From: Pelagomonas calceolata
Taxonomy: Eukaryota
Assembly: GCA_918797485.1 (NCBI GenBank)
Contig: CAKKNE010000005.1
Span: 3,348,001-3,412,000 of the forward strand
Direction of reading: 5' to 3'
Length of the DNA stretch: 64,000 bases
Below the pieces are notes generated by a model. It ran no database searches, was not told the DNA's origin, and saw only the letters and a program-made list of their open reading frames with translations. Position numbers and translations under genes: made by a program. Shown piece by piece: positions 22,046 to 33,834 of the stretch (its first letter is position 1; the number at the start of each line of letters is the position of its first letter).

Positions 22046-23906
22046 TTACAAAATCAGCGCGTCACAAGCCCGCAGATCATCATCCAGCTTCGCCGCCAAC
22101 AAATCGTACAACTCCAAGTCGTCGCGCAGCGCCGCCGACACGTAAGCTAAAGCAGACGCGTCGTCCTTCGCCGCCCCGAAGCGCCGCACGTCGCCTGCGA
22201 GCTCCTTCAACGCCGCGCGACGTTCGATGTTCTGGTCCGCGTCGTCAACGGGCACACTCTTGGCCACGTTCAGAAAATGAGACGGCAGCACGCGCTCGAG
22301 CACTCGTAGCGACGTGCGCGGCCGCGACTCCGCCAGGACGACCTGGAAGTTCGCGTCCGCGAGTTTGTAGGCGCACCGGACCTTCGTCGTCGAACCTTTA
22401 CAGCTCTCACCATCGATAAACCACGCCACCAGGCGATTCGCGACTTGCGCGCACTCGTGGCCCGGCTTCCCGTCGTGGATGCACGCCACGAGGTGGGCCG
22501 CGGCGCCGTCCCTAGCGGCGGCGACGGCCGGGTCGTGGGCCCCTGCGTTATTTGATTGCGTGCGTGTCGCGACTCTCGCTCTCTCGCATCTCGTACGCCA
22601 TCGACGCGACACCATGATTGAAGGACACTGCACACACACAAGCGATGAGCACGGGCGCGCCGCGCACGTGCAGGGGCGGCTGGGGTAATTTCGCGACGAC
22701 GGCCACGGCCGCGTAGCGCGTCTTCGAGGCGAAGCACTTCTTCAGGGCCGCGTCGAGGCCGCGGCGGTTCTGGCGGCGGTCGACCTTGCAGGGCGTCGCG
22801 TCGTTGTCCTTCGTGAGGGTCTGGAGTCGCTCCAGCAACACCTCCGCGAAGCCGCGCCGGCCGCCGCCGTGCGCGCCGGCCTCGGCGACCACCACGAGGG
22901 GGTGGCCGCCGCCGAGCTGGGGGCAGGGTCTCATATAAGCGTCCGTGAGGGCCTGGCGGCGCGCTCGCACACCTAATTGAGGAGCGCTCCGCGCGTCGGC
23001 GTCGGCCGCCGCCGCGACGCCGTGGCCTGTGTGTTTTTGTAAGCGGTCCTGTCTTCTGCTCGATGGCGTCAAGCTCCAGGCCGTCGACGCGACCGCCACG
23101 CCATACGTCGAATGAACGGTTGGTCGGGGTGATGGCGTGCTGGGGGGATTTACGCCACCTCTACGCCATCGACGCGGCTCGAAGTAAAAAACGGACGCCG
23201 TTTCCAAACCGTGGATGATGACGCAGCGCCCCTTCTCGCCACTTTTCAGAGTCGTCTCGGAACACGTATCCGCGCCCCGACAATTGAACGTCCTGTCGAG
23301 CCGCCCGTACTTTATCTGAGTGTTCGCCTCGGCCCATTTCAAAGCCTCCTGCAGGATGGGCTGCTCGCGCCGCTGCGTCGCCATCACCGCAGAAAACATC
23401 GACTCCCACCGCTCATACAAAGCGAACGCTTTTGAATTGGACCGGTAGACCTGGACGCCGCCGTTCACTATCGTAGAATGCTGCGCGACGCCGCCGGCGT
23501 CGTACGCGTCGAGGGCGTCGAAGAGCGGTTGTGGCGATTGGCACGCGAGCGTGTCCGAGTCCAGATATAAAGTCTTGGCGTAGGGCGTCCTCCTTAATGC
23601 TCGCAGCTTCTGCAATCGAAATCCCATGGAGTCCGTCGTGCGCGTGCCCGGGAACAGTTCTTCCGACGCGATGACGACGTCGAACAGTCTTTTAGCCGCG
23701 CCGCCCAGTTTTGATCGTGATGCCAATTCGCCCAGCGTCGCGGCGTCGGCGACGAGCGTCGAGTTCGCGCGCGCGTCGACGCGTTTTAGTTGCGCGGCGG
23801 CTAGCAGGACTTCATCTAACCGATTCGAGACGAAGAGGTAGCCGCGGTTTTCGGGGCTTTGGGCTGCACATGCGGCGGCTAGCAGCCAGCCTATTGCGCG
23901 GCGCAT
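22046..23906 (-). CDS. secreted/Golgi GT-A-fold glycosyltransferase-like protein; introns 22543-22639 and probably 23049-23198
   Basis: Signal peptide, TPYAKTLYLDSDT (DxD), NGGV and REQP. Splicing T|GT...AG|GG gives LIAWAHDP and joins ORF 22046-22639. Confidence 0.7.
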
Positions 23907-24034
23907 TGGCGCTGCACGACCAGTGGCGCTTTGCAGCCGTTCGCAGCGGTCACAGAACGTATCAAAGAGCTGGCTATTGGATGCTACGAAGCGATTGGCG
24001 CATGGGTGTGTGCAATTGCTCGATTTTTGCACCA

Positions 24035-24059
24035 TGCTAGTGTCTTACAAGCCGCTAGC
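24035..24059 (+). promoter_or_regulatory. copy of 25-bp upstream motif
   Basis: TGCTAGTGTCTTACAAGCCGCTAGC, 1 mismatch. Confidence 0.65.
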
Positions 24060-24328
24060 GCGCAAGGCCCAGAGATGCCGTTAAAGATCGTCGGCAGGTC
24101 GCCGAGACGCGGTGATTGCAGACTTCTGTAAATCAGCCTCGTGAGGCCGCTCTCGATTGGCTGCTTGTCGGATGTGAATTGTAGAAACTTAAACTCCGCG
24201 GTTACGCGAGCAGCGATCGGCAAAACGCCGTCGTCGACTTAGAGGAGACTAGCTTCCTTGCTGCTTGACGCGCGGTTGCAGCTGAGCCATAACGAGTGCA
24301 TACAACAGCTGTACACCAAAGCTGCACG

Positions 24329-25336
24329 ATGCGCAGCCTCGTCCTAGCGTGCGCGCTCACGACGGCTGCCGCCTGGCGCTTCCCGGGCCTCGCGCGCCCG
24401 CGGGAGGAGGACGTCATCGAGAAAGTCGAGACCACCGGCCCGCGCGAGCTAACGATCGAGACGCACGACTACGAGGCCCACGAGTCGACCATGGTCCTGC
24501 CCTTCGAGGACACGCACGCGTGCCTCCTGCAGTCCCTCAAGGACTACCTCGATACCCACGCTGAAGATCAATTCGAGTCGAAGATCATGCTCAAGATCGG
24601 CGGGCACCGCGTCGACTCGAATGCCGCGGACTACTTCAGGATGATGCCCGACGGCGTTTGTGCGCGGCGTCCTACCTTTCTGCGACGCGGCGATGGCGTC
24701 CGCGGGGGCACCGCGACCCTCCCATACGCCATCGACGCGATGCCCGCAGGTCATCTCCAAGACGCTCATCCACTTGATGGAGCGGCCGCCGGGGCGCACG
24801 TCGCGGCACATCGAGCGCATCATCGGGTCGCAGAAGACGTTGAGATTGCAGGACCTCCTGATCCTCGCGACGGACACGGAGTCGCTCCACCCGGACATCG
24901 ACACGGACATCGTGCTGTTGTTATCTGTGTGGAAATGAAACTTTGGGCGGCCCGCGCCATCGACGTGCTTCCCTAGCTGCGTCTGCTTGTTGGCGCGGCG
25001 ATTCCACGCCATCAACGCGACGTTGTCCCCGTGGCCGCGTCGGCTCGATCGCGTATAACCTAACTCACCGGTCGATCTTCGCACAGGTCGACGGACTTCT
25101 CGGAGATCCACCCCTGGCTCGTGGTCTGGCACGGCAACGAGGTGCCCGTCCTGCAGTACCTCCACGACCACAACTACGTCTGCTACAAGGAGGGCCACGA
25201 GCACTGGTGCGTCGGCGGCCAGCGCGCGATCGCCGCGGGCCTGACGGAGTTCTGCGGCTGCCAGCATATCTACGCGGGCTGCCAGGCGTTCCCCGCCGAC
25301 CCCGCGGCCACTCCGCCGCCGACGGACGAGGACTAG
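24329..25336 (+). CDS. signal-peptide protein with FkbM-methyltransferase-like C-terminus; introns 24656-24749 and 24917-25086
   Basis: Both GT-AG introns join three ORF pieces in frame. DLLILATDTE...IVLSTDFSEIHPWLVVW...L..HNYVC resembles the FkbM tail. Confidence 0.6.
24917..25086 (+). mobile_element. introner intron, degenerate TSD
   Basis: GT lies exactly 8 nt before CTGTGTGGAAAT, and the intron ends TTCGCACAG. Internal CGCCATCGACG-type motifs are present. Confidence 0.75.
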
Positions 25337-25601
25337 AGAAGTCTTTCCCCCCTTCCTTTTCCCCGTGGTATACGTTCTTCCTTTGTTGACTTTTGTCTGC
25401 GTCTTTCGCTCGCTGCGATGACTCCCTGAACTGATGGCGTATCTCGACAACGACCCCGTTGTTGGAACTTGTGAGCCACCGACGCGTCTACGCCACCGCC
25501 ACGCCATCGCCGCGATGAGAGACTAGTAGTGTGGATACTTACCCGCCTCCCAGAGCGGGTCCTCCGCGCCGCGGCCGGCGCGGGTCTGTGCCCTCGCGAG
25601 T

Positions 25602-26103
25602 CTACTTCCTCCAGAACGCGAGCCGGCCGGCCACGTTCTTGAGGCGCGTGCCGAGCGGCTTCTTCTCGACGACCTCGTCGCTGGAGGAGTCGTCGCTCGC
25701 CGACGAGGAGGAGGACGACGCCTTCGCGGCCGTCGACGCCGGCGCCGCGGCGTCGTCGGTCTTGGCGTACTTGGACGCGAGGTCGTCCATGAGCTTCGTC
25801 TGCCACTCGAAGAAGCCGTCCTTGACGTTCTTCTTCGGCGCGACGGCGTCGCTGCCGGCGACGGCCGAGAAGCCTGCGGTCGGAAAGGGGGCGGTTTTCG
25901 CGCGCCGCGCGGCGCGGGGGCGAGCGGCGGCTCGCGCGCAGCGCTCGGCAGCGTCCGGGGCCCTCTGGCACCGGCGCGCAGTCAAACAGGCGGGACAGAT
26001 GCCATGGGCTCAGCCGATTTAAGCGGCCTCCGGGGGCGATTTTTGGGCACGTACCAGATGCAGCGGCAAAGCTGCCGACGACGAGCGCAGACCGAAGCTT
26101 CAT
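25602..26103 (-). CDS. small probable plastid-targeted protein; intron 25874-26054
   Basis: Signal peptide ending AASG|F after splicing G|GTACGT...CAG|GC. Confidence 0.65.
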
Positions 26104-26632
26104 GATGGCTACGGCGCGCGAACAAGCAAACTATAAGCGTCTATCTTGGTGCAGAGCTTCGACGCCAGATCGGGTTTTGCGCGCCGTTTCAGCCCTCTTC
26201 GTGGCACTACGCGACCCCTACACTGATGCTACGACGTCAAAGGAGCAGTAAACACCGGGAGCGAGGGGGGCTCGAAGTACATGGCGTCATACGGCAGCAC
26301 AGATTTTGCCCCCCGCGCGACGGTCTGGCGGCAGCGTTGAACACGGAGAAAGCGCGAGAGAGGTGCTGATTGCCACGGCGGGCGGTCCTTGCAAAAGCAG
26401 CAGCAGCGATGCACCATTTGGCTGTCTTGCTGTGCCCTCAGGCTTGCACCATCCAGCCCTCGCGTCGCCGCGCACCGCGAGAGCGATTGTGGAGTGCACG
26501 AGTGACGCTGGACCGCCACCAAACAACTGCTGCAACCGAGAACTATGAAAGGAGACATGTCCGCGAGACGCACTCGAGACGAGCCCTACAGCCTATTGGA
26601 ACCGACCGCCGCACGCAGGTGATCAAAACAAG

Positions 26633-27539
26633 ATGCAGTCCCTCATCGTCGCCCTCGCCCTCACGGCCTCGAACGCGCTCGTCGCCAAGACGCTGCCCGC
26701 GGCGCGGCCGCGCGCGGCCCGCGCGTCTGTCAAGATGGAGCTCATCATGCCCGAGAAGGACTTCCTCATCGCGCCCTCCATCTTGTCGGCGGACTTTGCG
26801 AAGCTCGGCGCCGAGGTCGACGCGTCGCTCGCGGCCGGCGCGGACGTCGTGCACTTTGATGTGATGGACAACCACTACGTGCCCAATTTAACGATCGGCC
26901 CCATGGTCTGCTCGGCCCTGCGCAAGCACGGCGTCACGGCGCCGATTGATGTCCACCTCATGGTGTCGCCCGTCGACCGCATCGTCCAGGACTTCGCGGA
27001 CGCCGGGGCCTCGTACATCACGTTCCACCCGGAGGCGTCGCCCCATGCAGGATGCGGCGTCCGTTGTTCAACGTCGCGTCGATGGCGTAGGGGGCCGGGC
27101 ACGCCATCAACGCGAAAAAACACAGGTCGACCGCACGCTCCAGCTCATCCGCTCGACGGGCTGCAAGTCCGGCCTCGTCTTCAACCCCGCGACGCCCCTC
27201 GACATCCTCAAGTACGTCATGGACAAGGTCGACATTATTCTGCTGATGTCCGTGAACCCGGGCTTCGGCGGCCAGGCCTTCATCCCGGCGACGCTCGACA
27301 AGGCGCGCGAGGCGCGGAAGATGATCGACGAGTCCGGCTACGACATCCGCCTCGAGATCGACGGCGGCGTCTCCGGCGCGAACATCAAGGAGGTCGCCGA
27401 GGCGGGCGTCGACATGTTCGTCGCCGGCTCGGCCATCTTCCGCGACCCCCGGACCGAGGAGGCCTACAAAAAGACGATCGACGCCATGCGCGACGAGCTC
27501 GCGGCGGCCAAGGTGCCGGCGAACAAGGTCGCGGCCTAG
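26633..27539 (+). CDS. RPE: ribulose-phosphate 3-epimerase (plastid); GC-AG intron 27047-27125
   Basis: [57 protein letters not shown] and EIDGG motifs. Confidence 0.96.
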
Positions 27540-27665
27540 GTTTGTTTCCTTCGTCGTGGTAACTTCTGGTTTCGTGTAGTCGTCGCGTCGGTTGGCGTCT
27601 CGTGGGACTTGTTGTTACGCGTCGGTGGGCGTCGTGGAACTTATGGTTTTGTGTACAACTTAGTC

Positions 27666-28079
27666 TCAGACGAGCGCCGGCGACGTCTCGCTCGGGCCCG
27701 GCAAAACTAGGGGAGGGTCCAGTATCCGCTCGATTTCGCTTCGCAGCGCGGCGGGTTTCACCCACAGGCGCTTCGCGGCGTCCGCGATCGCGGCGTCGTC
27801 GGCGGCGCGCGCGCGCAGCGCCGCGGCCTCGTTTTGCGCGGCGGCGAGATCCGCCTGCAGCGCGGCCCGCTCCAAACGACCGCTATAGTTCTGCGACGCG
27901 AGCACCGTGAGGAAGAACGCGGCGCCGACGTTGAAAAAGCCCTGGTGGTTTTGCCCCGCCCATTCCTTCCACCAGGCGCTCGTCGTCGTCGGGTCAACCA
28001 TGTCTTTCGCCTTCGTTGTTTTCGTTCGCCGCAGCGTGCGGAGCGCGGGCCGTAGGGTGGTGAGGCGTGTTGCTAACAT
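27666..28079 (-). CDS. small membrane protein with mitochondrial-type presequence
   Basis: Arg/Thr/Leu-rich N-terminus, one TM segment and a coiled coil. Confidence 0.6.
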   Translation of the reverse strand: MLATRLTTLRPALRTLRRTKTTKAKDMVDPTTTSAWWKEWAGQNHQGFFNVGAAFFLTVLASQNYSGRLERAALQADLAAAQNEAAALRARAADDAAIADAAKRLWVKPAALRSEIERILDPPLVLPGPSETSPALV

Positions 28080-28433
28080 GTTGCGCTGCTCCTCGTGTTA
28101 GCCACTCCGGCTGCTACTCCAGTGTGAGGCGATTTGTGGTAACGCGTTGCTCCTTATTGTGATGGGAGCCAATGGTCCAGTGCAAGAGCGTTCCCAGCCA
28201 GCGGATACGAAGCTTAAATGCCCTTGCTATCGCGAGCCAGCCACAAAAAACTTGTTTTGGCTGCTTGTCTAGTGTGTCTTACACTAGCTAATCTCGACGT
28301 GTCGAGGTAAATCTCGTTGGCATTCGGCTCAATCGTCGAGCTGTGCATCGCCACTTCTGCAAAACCAACGCATCGCATCACTCTCTCACCTCGTGCCACA
28401 AATTTGTGCTTGCGCCAGCCAACCTACGCAAAA

Positions 28434-29091
28434 ATGCAGTCGATCCTCCTCGCCTTAGCTTTATCTGCTGCCCCTGCGGTCGCCTTTGCGCCGAGCGCCC
28501 AGCCGCGGGCGTCCGTCGTGCGCTTCATGGACGAGGACGCGCTGAAGAACAAGATTCTCAACGCGGGCCCGGCCGAGTTCAACAAGATCGGCGGCGTCGA
28601 GGTCGCGACCGAGATGCCCGACGACATAAAGTTCGAGGTGCCGATTCCGGCCAAGGTCATGGGCCGCTGGGACGGCGAGTGCGCCATCACCGTCTCCGAG
28701 GGCGAGATGAAGGCCGGCTCCGGCAACTCGGCCACCGTCAACGTCGTGCCGGACAGCATGGGCTACGAGGACTACTACGCGGGCTTCGAGGACGCGCCCG
28801 AGTGGGTCACGGTCGAGCCGGCCATCGGCAAGTTGGACAGAAGGGGCGGCGCGGAGACGACGCTGACCGTGACGGCCTGCCCGCCGCCGGGCACGTCGTT
28901 CTCGGGCGAGCTCGGCCTCGTCTGCGTGCTGCCGGACGACATCGACAAGGCATGTTGCCGGTGTCCTCAATCGATGCGCGGCCGACACTCACTCGTCGGT
29001 TACCACACAGGCCTTCAAGGTCACGCTGACCGTCGGCGACGGCGTCGCGACGAGCGACTTCGACGCGGGCTCGGACGCGGACATGGGCTAG
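28434..29091 (+). CDS. plastid-targeted protein of unknown function; GC-AG intron 28950-29010
   Basis: Signal peptide with AVA-FAP cleavage motif. AAG|GCATGT...CACACAG|GCC keeps the frame. Confidence 0.75.
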
Positions 29092-29224
29092 GCGCGTCGT
29101 AAGATTCACATTGTTATTAGTCTTGGTGTGCGGCCGCCGGAACGGGACTCGGAGCCGCGGGTGAGTGTCGCCGCGACGGCGTGCTGTCCCAGCAGCACGC
29201 CGTCGCCGCGACCCATGAAGGTCT

Positions 29225-30007
29225 CTATACGACGACCGAGTGGGACACGATTGATAAATAAGTGTCCCAGAAGAAGGACACGACGGCCTGGAAGATGACC
29301 CGGAACCGCAACGGTATGAGGCCCTGGTTCACCAACTGGACCGGAAACCAGACGGCCGTGCAGTCCTTCCACGTGCTGAGGAGCTTGAGCTGGATCTTCG
29401 CGAGGCAGTATGCTGGAGAGTGCCCCTCCGCCAGCGACGAGAGGGAGAAGATGATCGAGATCATCACGGGCACCTCGATGGCCTGGTCCAGGACCGTGCG
29501 CTTCAAAATTGCTCTTTTGGACCGCCCTGGTACGATACGCTCCAGGAAGTCGAACCACACAGTGAGTAGAGGACCAACAGCCAAGCAGCCCACGCCCGTC
29601 AGGCTGATGGCCCTTCTGCATCGCATGGCCAGCGGGACGACCTCGCCGTGTGCTAAATATGCGAACAATTGCGCCGTCATGTCCGCCAACCCGTAGGTGA
29701 TGCCCATGGACAGCGACTTGGCCAGGAGCGGGTGCCTGTCGATGAATGCTGTTTTCTCCGGTATTAATGGTTCGACGTCCGCAAGTACTAAACCGTCCGT
29801 GGGAATCTCGAGCGGTTTCAGGTCGGTTGTTGATGCCGCGTCGATCGCGCCGTCGTCGTCGAGCGCGACGGCGGCGCTGCGCCGCCGCACGTCAGCTACT
29901 CTTGACGAAAACGGTCTCGACAGTCGCAGCGGGGTTCGCAGTGCATTGCTGCTCACCGCCAGGGCCAAAATAATGGCAGCTCCTCTATTCTGTGCGCGGC
30001 GCGCCAT
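29225..30007 (-). CDS. Mpv17/PMP22 family membrane protein
   Basis: HPLLAKS, GLADMTAQ, GP...WF.FLE, LDQ, W.PVQLVN and FFWDTYLS motifs. Confidence 0.9.
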   Translation of the reverse strand: MARRAQNRGAAIILALAVSSNALRTPLRLSRPFSSRVADVRRRSAAVALDDDGAIDAASTTDLKPLEIPTDGLVLADVEPLIPEKTAFIDRHPLLAKSLSMGITYGLADMTAQLFAYLAHGEVVPLAMRCRRAISLTGVGCLAVGPLLTVWFDFLERIVPGRSKRAILKRTVLDQAIEVPVMISIIFSLSSLAEGHSPAYCLAKIQLKLLSTWKDCTAVWFPVQLVNQGLIPLRFRVIFQAVVSFFWDTYLSIVSHSVVV

Positions 30008-30448
30008 GCTGGACGTTCCGTAGGTATTTTGTGTATACGTGAGAGCGTTGTCGCCCGCTCACGACCGTGGGACGCGCGGTAAGCGCTCAGAGCTGTCACT
30101 GCTACCAGCCACGGTGTCCCTTGCCCGATCACGCAGCATGAAACCACCCAGTAGAGAAGGGCTCTTCTTCCGTGAGTGAAGACTCGTCGGCACTAGAAAT
30201 TTCGGCCCGCATGGGCCCACGAACTCGCGGGTTCGACCAGGCTGAGAGGGCGCTCTGCGAGTGATAAGCCTGGATAGCGGCAGTTTGACGCGTCGTCGAA
30301 CTGTTTAGGGAGCGCTGTAGTGCAGTCGTACGCGGACGACGCGGAAACCCAGCGCTCGCGCACCCAACGCCACTTAAAAATCCAACAATTAGCACTGACA
30401 GCCTGTGAAGCCAAACGCTGAACGACGCGCAGCGAACGACGCGCAGCG

Positions 30449-31801
30449 ATGGAGGATGCTCCGCTGAACGACGCGGAGGGCCTGCGTCGCCGGCCAACGC
30501 GGACGCAGAGCGGGTCGAGAGTAGACGAATACAAGCGAGCGCCGGACTTGGTACAGCGAGCGCCGTCCTTACGACGTACCAAGTCCGGCACGTCCGTCGC
30601 GAGCCCGCCCGAGATTGCAAGGGTAAGGTCCTTCGGCGTCGCGCTGTCCAAACGGTCGAGGAAGCTGCGACGACGGCTTCGGAGGAGGTACAATAGAGCC
30701 GCGGAGGCCTTTGAGTTGCTGCACAGAGCGCAGATCGAACAGAGGCGCTTCCTCATGGCCCATCCGACGGCTCTCTGGCGCGTGCTCTGGCGTTTTTTTG
30801 TTTTCTGTCTGTTGGTGGGAAGAATCCTGGCGGACGCGCGCGAGACGTTCGCGGCCGCGCGGTGCGCGCAGGACGAGCTCATGCAGCCGTGCGTGGATGC
30901 TGCATTAGGAGAAGCGACGAGAGGCGCGTCTAGAGATAGGTGGTTCTTCCTCGTGGCCTTCCTCGAGATCCTGTTCAACCTGCGGACGGGGTCGGTGGAT
31001 GCCAAGGGTCATTTCGACATGCGGCCCTGGGCGGCTTTTAAAAGATACATAAGGTGGCAGTTCTGGTTCGACCTTGTATTATTGCCGCCGTGGTGGCTCG
31101 TGGTCAGGTACTACTATACGAATGAACCGAAGCGGGGCGTCGACGCGCTCAACCTAAGGATGCTGTCGTGGCTGCGGCGCGCGCCGCCCGTCGACGCGAC
31201 CGTGAGGTGGTGGCGCGGCGCGGGCGATTTGAACCATTTATTACGTATACCACCACCAGCACCGGTGAAGCGGTTCTTGGACGACTTTCTGGTGCCCTGG
31301 TTGCTGGGCCACGGGTTCGAGCGGTGGTCGCGCGTCGCGAACCGCCTTCCACAGTTAGGAGACCTCGCGTTCGAGTATCGGGTGTTGAGAAGGACGGTCT
31401 ACTCGACGCTGGGGTCGGCGAAGCTCGTGTTGTTGGTGCTGGCGGCGCGGCGCGCGCATAGAGAACGGTTGCTGCTCGTGGCCGCGTTGCGGTCTCGCGC
31501 GGCGCGGCGCATAGCGACGGTGCTCCGCCTCAACGCGGCGCGGAAGCGGCGCGAGCGGCGGGCGTCGTCCATGCTGTCCCTGACGCTCCCCGACTCGCTG
31601 GGGTCGCTGCCCTCGGTCGAGTCGGAAGAGGGCATGGGCGGCCGCGTGCGCTCGGAACTGCGGCCCGAGGCGCTCCGGAGCCCGCAGTGGTACCGGCGGC
31701 TGGAGGCGTCGTCGAACAAGCTGCTCGAGGCGCTCGGGTCGCGGCGGTCGCGGTCGCCCGCATCAATGGACGACGAGCACCCCGAGTCGCTGCGGTTCTA
31801 G
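30449..31801 (+). CDS. membrane protein with CNG/EAG-type S2-S3 segment
   Basis: FLEILFNLRTG..D..G......AFKRYIRWQFWFDLVLLPPW. No pore signature or cNMP domain was seen. Confidence 0.55.
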   Translation: MEDAPLNDAEGLRRRPTRTQSGSRVDEYKRAPDLVQRAPSLRRTKSGTSVASPPEIARVRSFGVALSKRSRKLRRRLRRRYNRAAEAFELLHRAQIEQRRFLMAHPTALWRVLWRFFVFCLLVGRILADARETFAAARCAQDELMQPCVDAALGEATRGASRDRWFFLVAFLEILFNLRTGSVDAKGHFDMRPWAAFKRYIRWQFWFDLVLLPPWWLVVRYYYTNEPKRGVDALNLRMLSWLRRAPPVDATVRWWRGAGDLNHLLRIPPPAPVKRFLDDFLVPWLLGHGFERWSRVANRLPQLGDLAFEYRVLRRTVYSTLGSAKLVLLVLAARRAHRERLLLVAALRSRAARRIATVLRLNAARKRRERRASSMLSLTLPDSLGSLPSVESEEGMGGRVRSELRPEALRSPQWYRRLEASSNKLLEALGSRRSRSPASMDDEHPESLRF

Positions 31802-31827
31802 GTTCTTTAGGTTTTGTGTGATTCTAT

Positions 31828-32740
31828 TTACCCTTTCGGCGACAGCGTCTCGTGGACGCGGAGCGCGGCTCGCGCGTTTTGCAGGTGGCGCTCAATCGCC
31901 TTCGTAAGCGAGTGCGCGCCACCGAACACGCGCCGCGCGATCCGTTCCGTCTCCTCGAGCGTCGTCACGGCCTCGCGGAGATCGTCGGGCGAGGCGTCGG
32001 GGTCCCTGTAGAGCACCCGCCCGTAACTCAACAATATTCTGAGAGTGAGTCCATGACCCTCGCCGAGAACGCGTCGCGCCACGGGCATCGTTTTGCGCGA
32101 CAGAGACTTAACCTCTTCGAAGCGATCTAGGTGAAAGAGCAGATTCGCGAGGTTATTGGCTTCTATAAGTGTGTCTTTATGTTCTTCGCCATTTTGCTTC
32201 AAGCGTCCAGCGTATAGATCCCGTCGGATGCGTAAGGCCTCGTCGTTGCGGTCAACCCATTCATACGAGATCGCAAGATTGCCCTGTGCGCAGAGGATGT
32301 TGTATTCTGGTGCTTTAATGCGATGTAGCATGGACAGCTCAGTCTCCCTCACGGACAACGCTTCCTCGTAGTGTTCTGCGTCGAATAAACCGTTCCCAAG
32401 CAGGCTCATCGCCAATCGCCGAGCCTCATCCGTCTCCGGCCGGCCCACGTACGTCTTCCAGCATCCCCAGGAAAGCGCGCACCGAACGACGCCGTCGTAT
32501 CGTTGCTTGCACAGGCTACACTCGTCCCACCGATGCCACCTCTCAGTCCGCGCCTTGGCGCCCAAATTGTTCTCCTCGCCCTCCGCGACCAAAATCTTCG
32601 CCTGTTCCGCCAGACACGACACATGCGCGAAGCCCGCCGTCCCGCGGCACGCGCACATGCGCACGAGGCCCTCCTTCGACTTCCAGTGGAGGGCCTGCGT
32701 GCAGATGAAGCACGTCTGGCCTTTCGTGTCGTCGGCGCAT
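31828..32740 (-). CDS. RINGv + TPR protein, apparently 5'-truncated
   Basis: CFIC...CACRGTAGFAHVSCL...CSLC plus TPR repeats. It is a paralog of 6815-8320 but lacks the MYND part. Confidence 0.7.
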
Positions 32741-33596
32741 CGCGTCGGACTCCACGGCCGCGACGCTCTGGGCATCCGCGGCGACTGGCCTCCGCGGGCG
32801 CGCCGCCGCGGTCGCGTGGTTCGACGGCGCGTCGGACTCCGGCGACGAGGACGACACCGACGCGCCGCCGCCGTCGGCTCCGGTCGTCATCGACGTCGAC
32901 GCGCCGCCGCCGCCGACGAGCTTCGAGCGCCCCATCGTCATCGACGACGACGCCGTGCCCGCCGCGACGCCCTCGCCGCCGGCCGCGAAAGAATTGCCGT
33001 GGTGGGCTGAACCGCTGCCGGCGCCCATCTTCGATACGCCGGCGGAGCGCCGCGCCGCCCGCGCCTTCACGACGCGGACGCGGGGCACCGCGACGCAACG
33101 CATCAAGCGACGCGCGCCGGCGCCGGCGGCCGCGCCGCGGTCCCGCTTCAAGCGGACGAGGCGGGTGCCTCGCGCCGCCGCCGCGCCGGCCGCCGCGCCG
33201 GCCGCCGCGCCGGCCGCCGCTCCGGCCGCCGCTCCTGTAGCTGCTCCGGCCGCCGCGCCCGCGGACGCGTTCGCCGTCGGCGCGACCGTCGAGCTCCACG
33301 GTCTCGTGTCGAACCCCGCGGCGAACGGCCGGCACGTCGTCGTCGTCCAGACGCCTCCGGACGTCGCCGATCGCGGACGGATCAGCGTCAACCTCGACGG
33401 CGCCGTGCGCGCGGTGAAGCGCGAGAACGTGCGCGCAGTGCCTGGCGGCGTCGGGGCCGCGCCGTCGACCGCGGCGATGGCCTGGCTAACTCCTGGGTTT
33501 TTGTCTATGCGTCTCCATGGGCAATGGTCGGACGAGTCGCGCGGCATCTATCCATGGGTATTGGTCGTACGAGTTGTGCGGCAGCATCGTGTCTGA
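32736..33596 (+). pseudogene. headless coding fragment with SH3/KOW-like motif
   Basis: Open GC3-biased frame with no ATG near its 5' end, containing VGATVELHGLVSNPAANGR..V......GRISVNLDG....VKRENV. Confidence 0.55.
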
Positions 33597-33606
33597 GGCC
33601 TCCGGC

Positions 33607-33631
33607 GCTAGCGTCCTGTGAGATACTAGCA
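33607..33631 (-). promoter_or_regulatory. copy of 25-bp upstream motif
   Basis: Plus strand GCTAGCGTCCTGTGAGATACTAGCA, 3 mismatches. Confidence 0.55.
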
Positions 33632-33834
33632 CTCACCAAAGCCGAGGCGCGACACAAGCCGGCGGCGCGACGCTACGCAAACACGACGCGCTGGATCCCT
33701 CGCAGCCATCATAAAAAAGCAAGAAGCGACGCGTACGCCGAACGATTGATAGTGCGCTAGAGCGCTGCGCGCCCTGCACCACCTCTCCAGCAGCTACTCG
33801 CAAAACAAAGCAGCCGCGCGCGGAGCCATAAAAA

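Noticed and set aside
33170..33262. GCCGCCGCGCCG tandem repeat as a separate element
   Set aside because: It simply encodes an (AAAP)n linker in the coding fragment.
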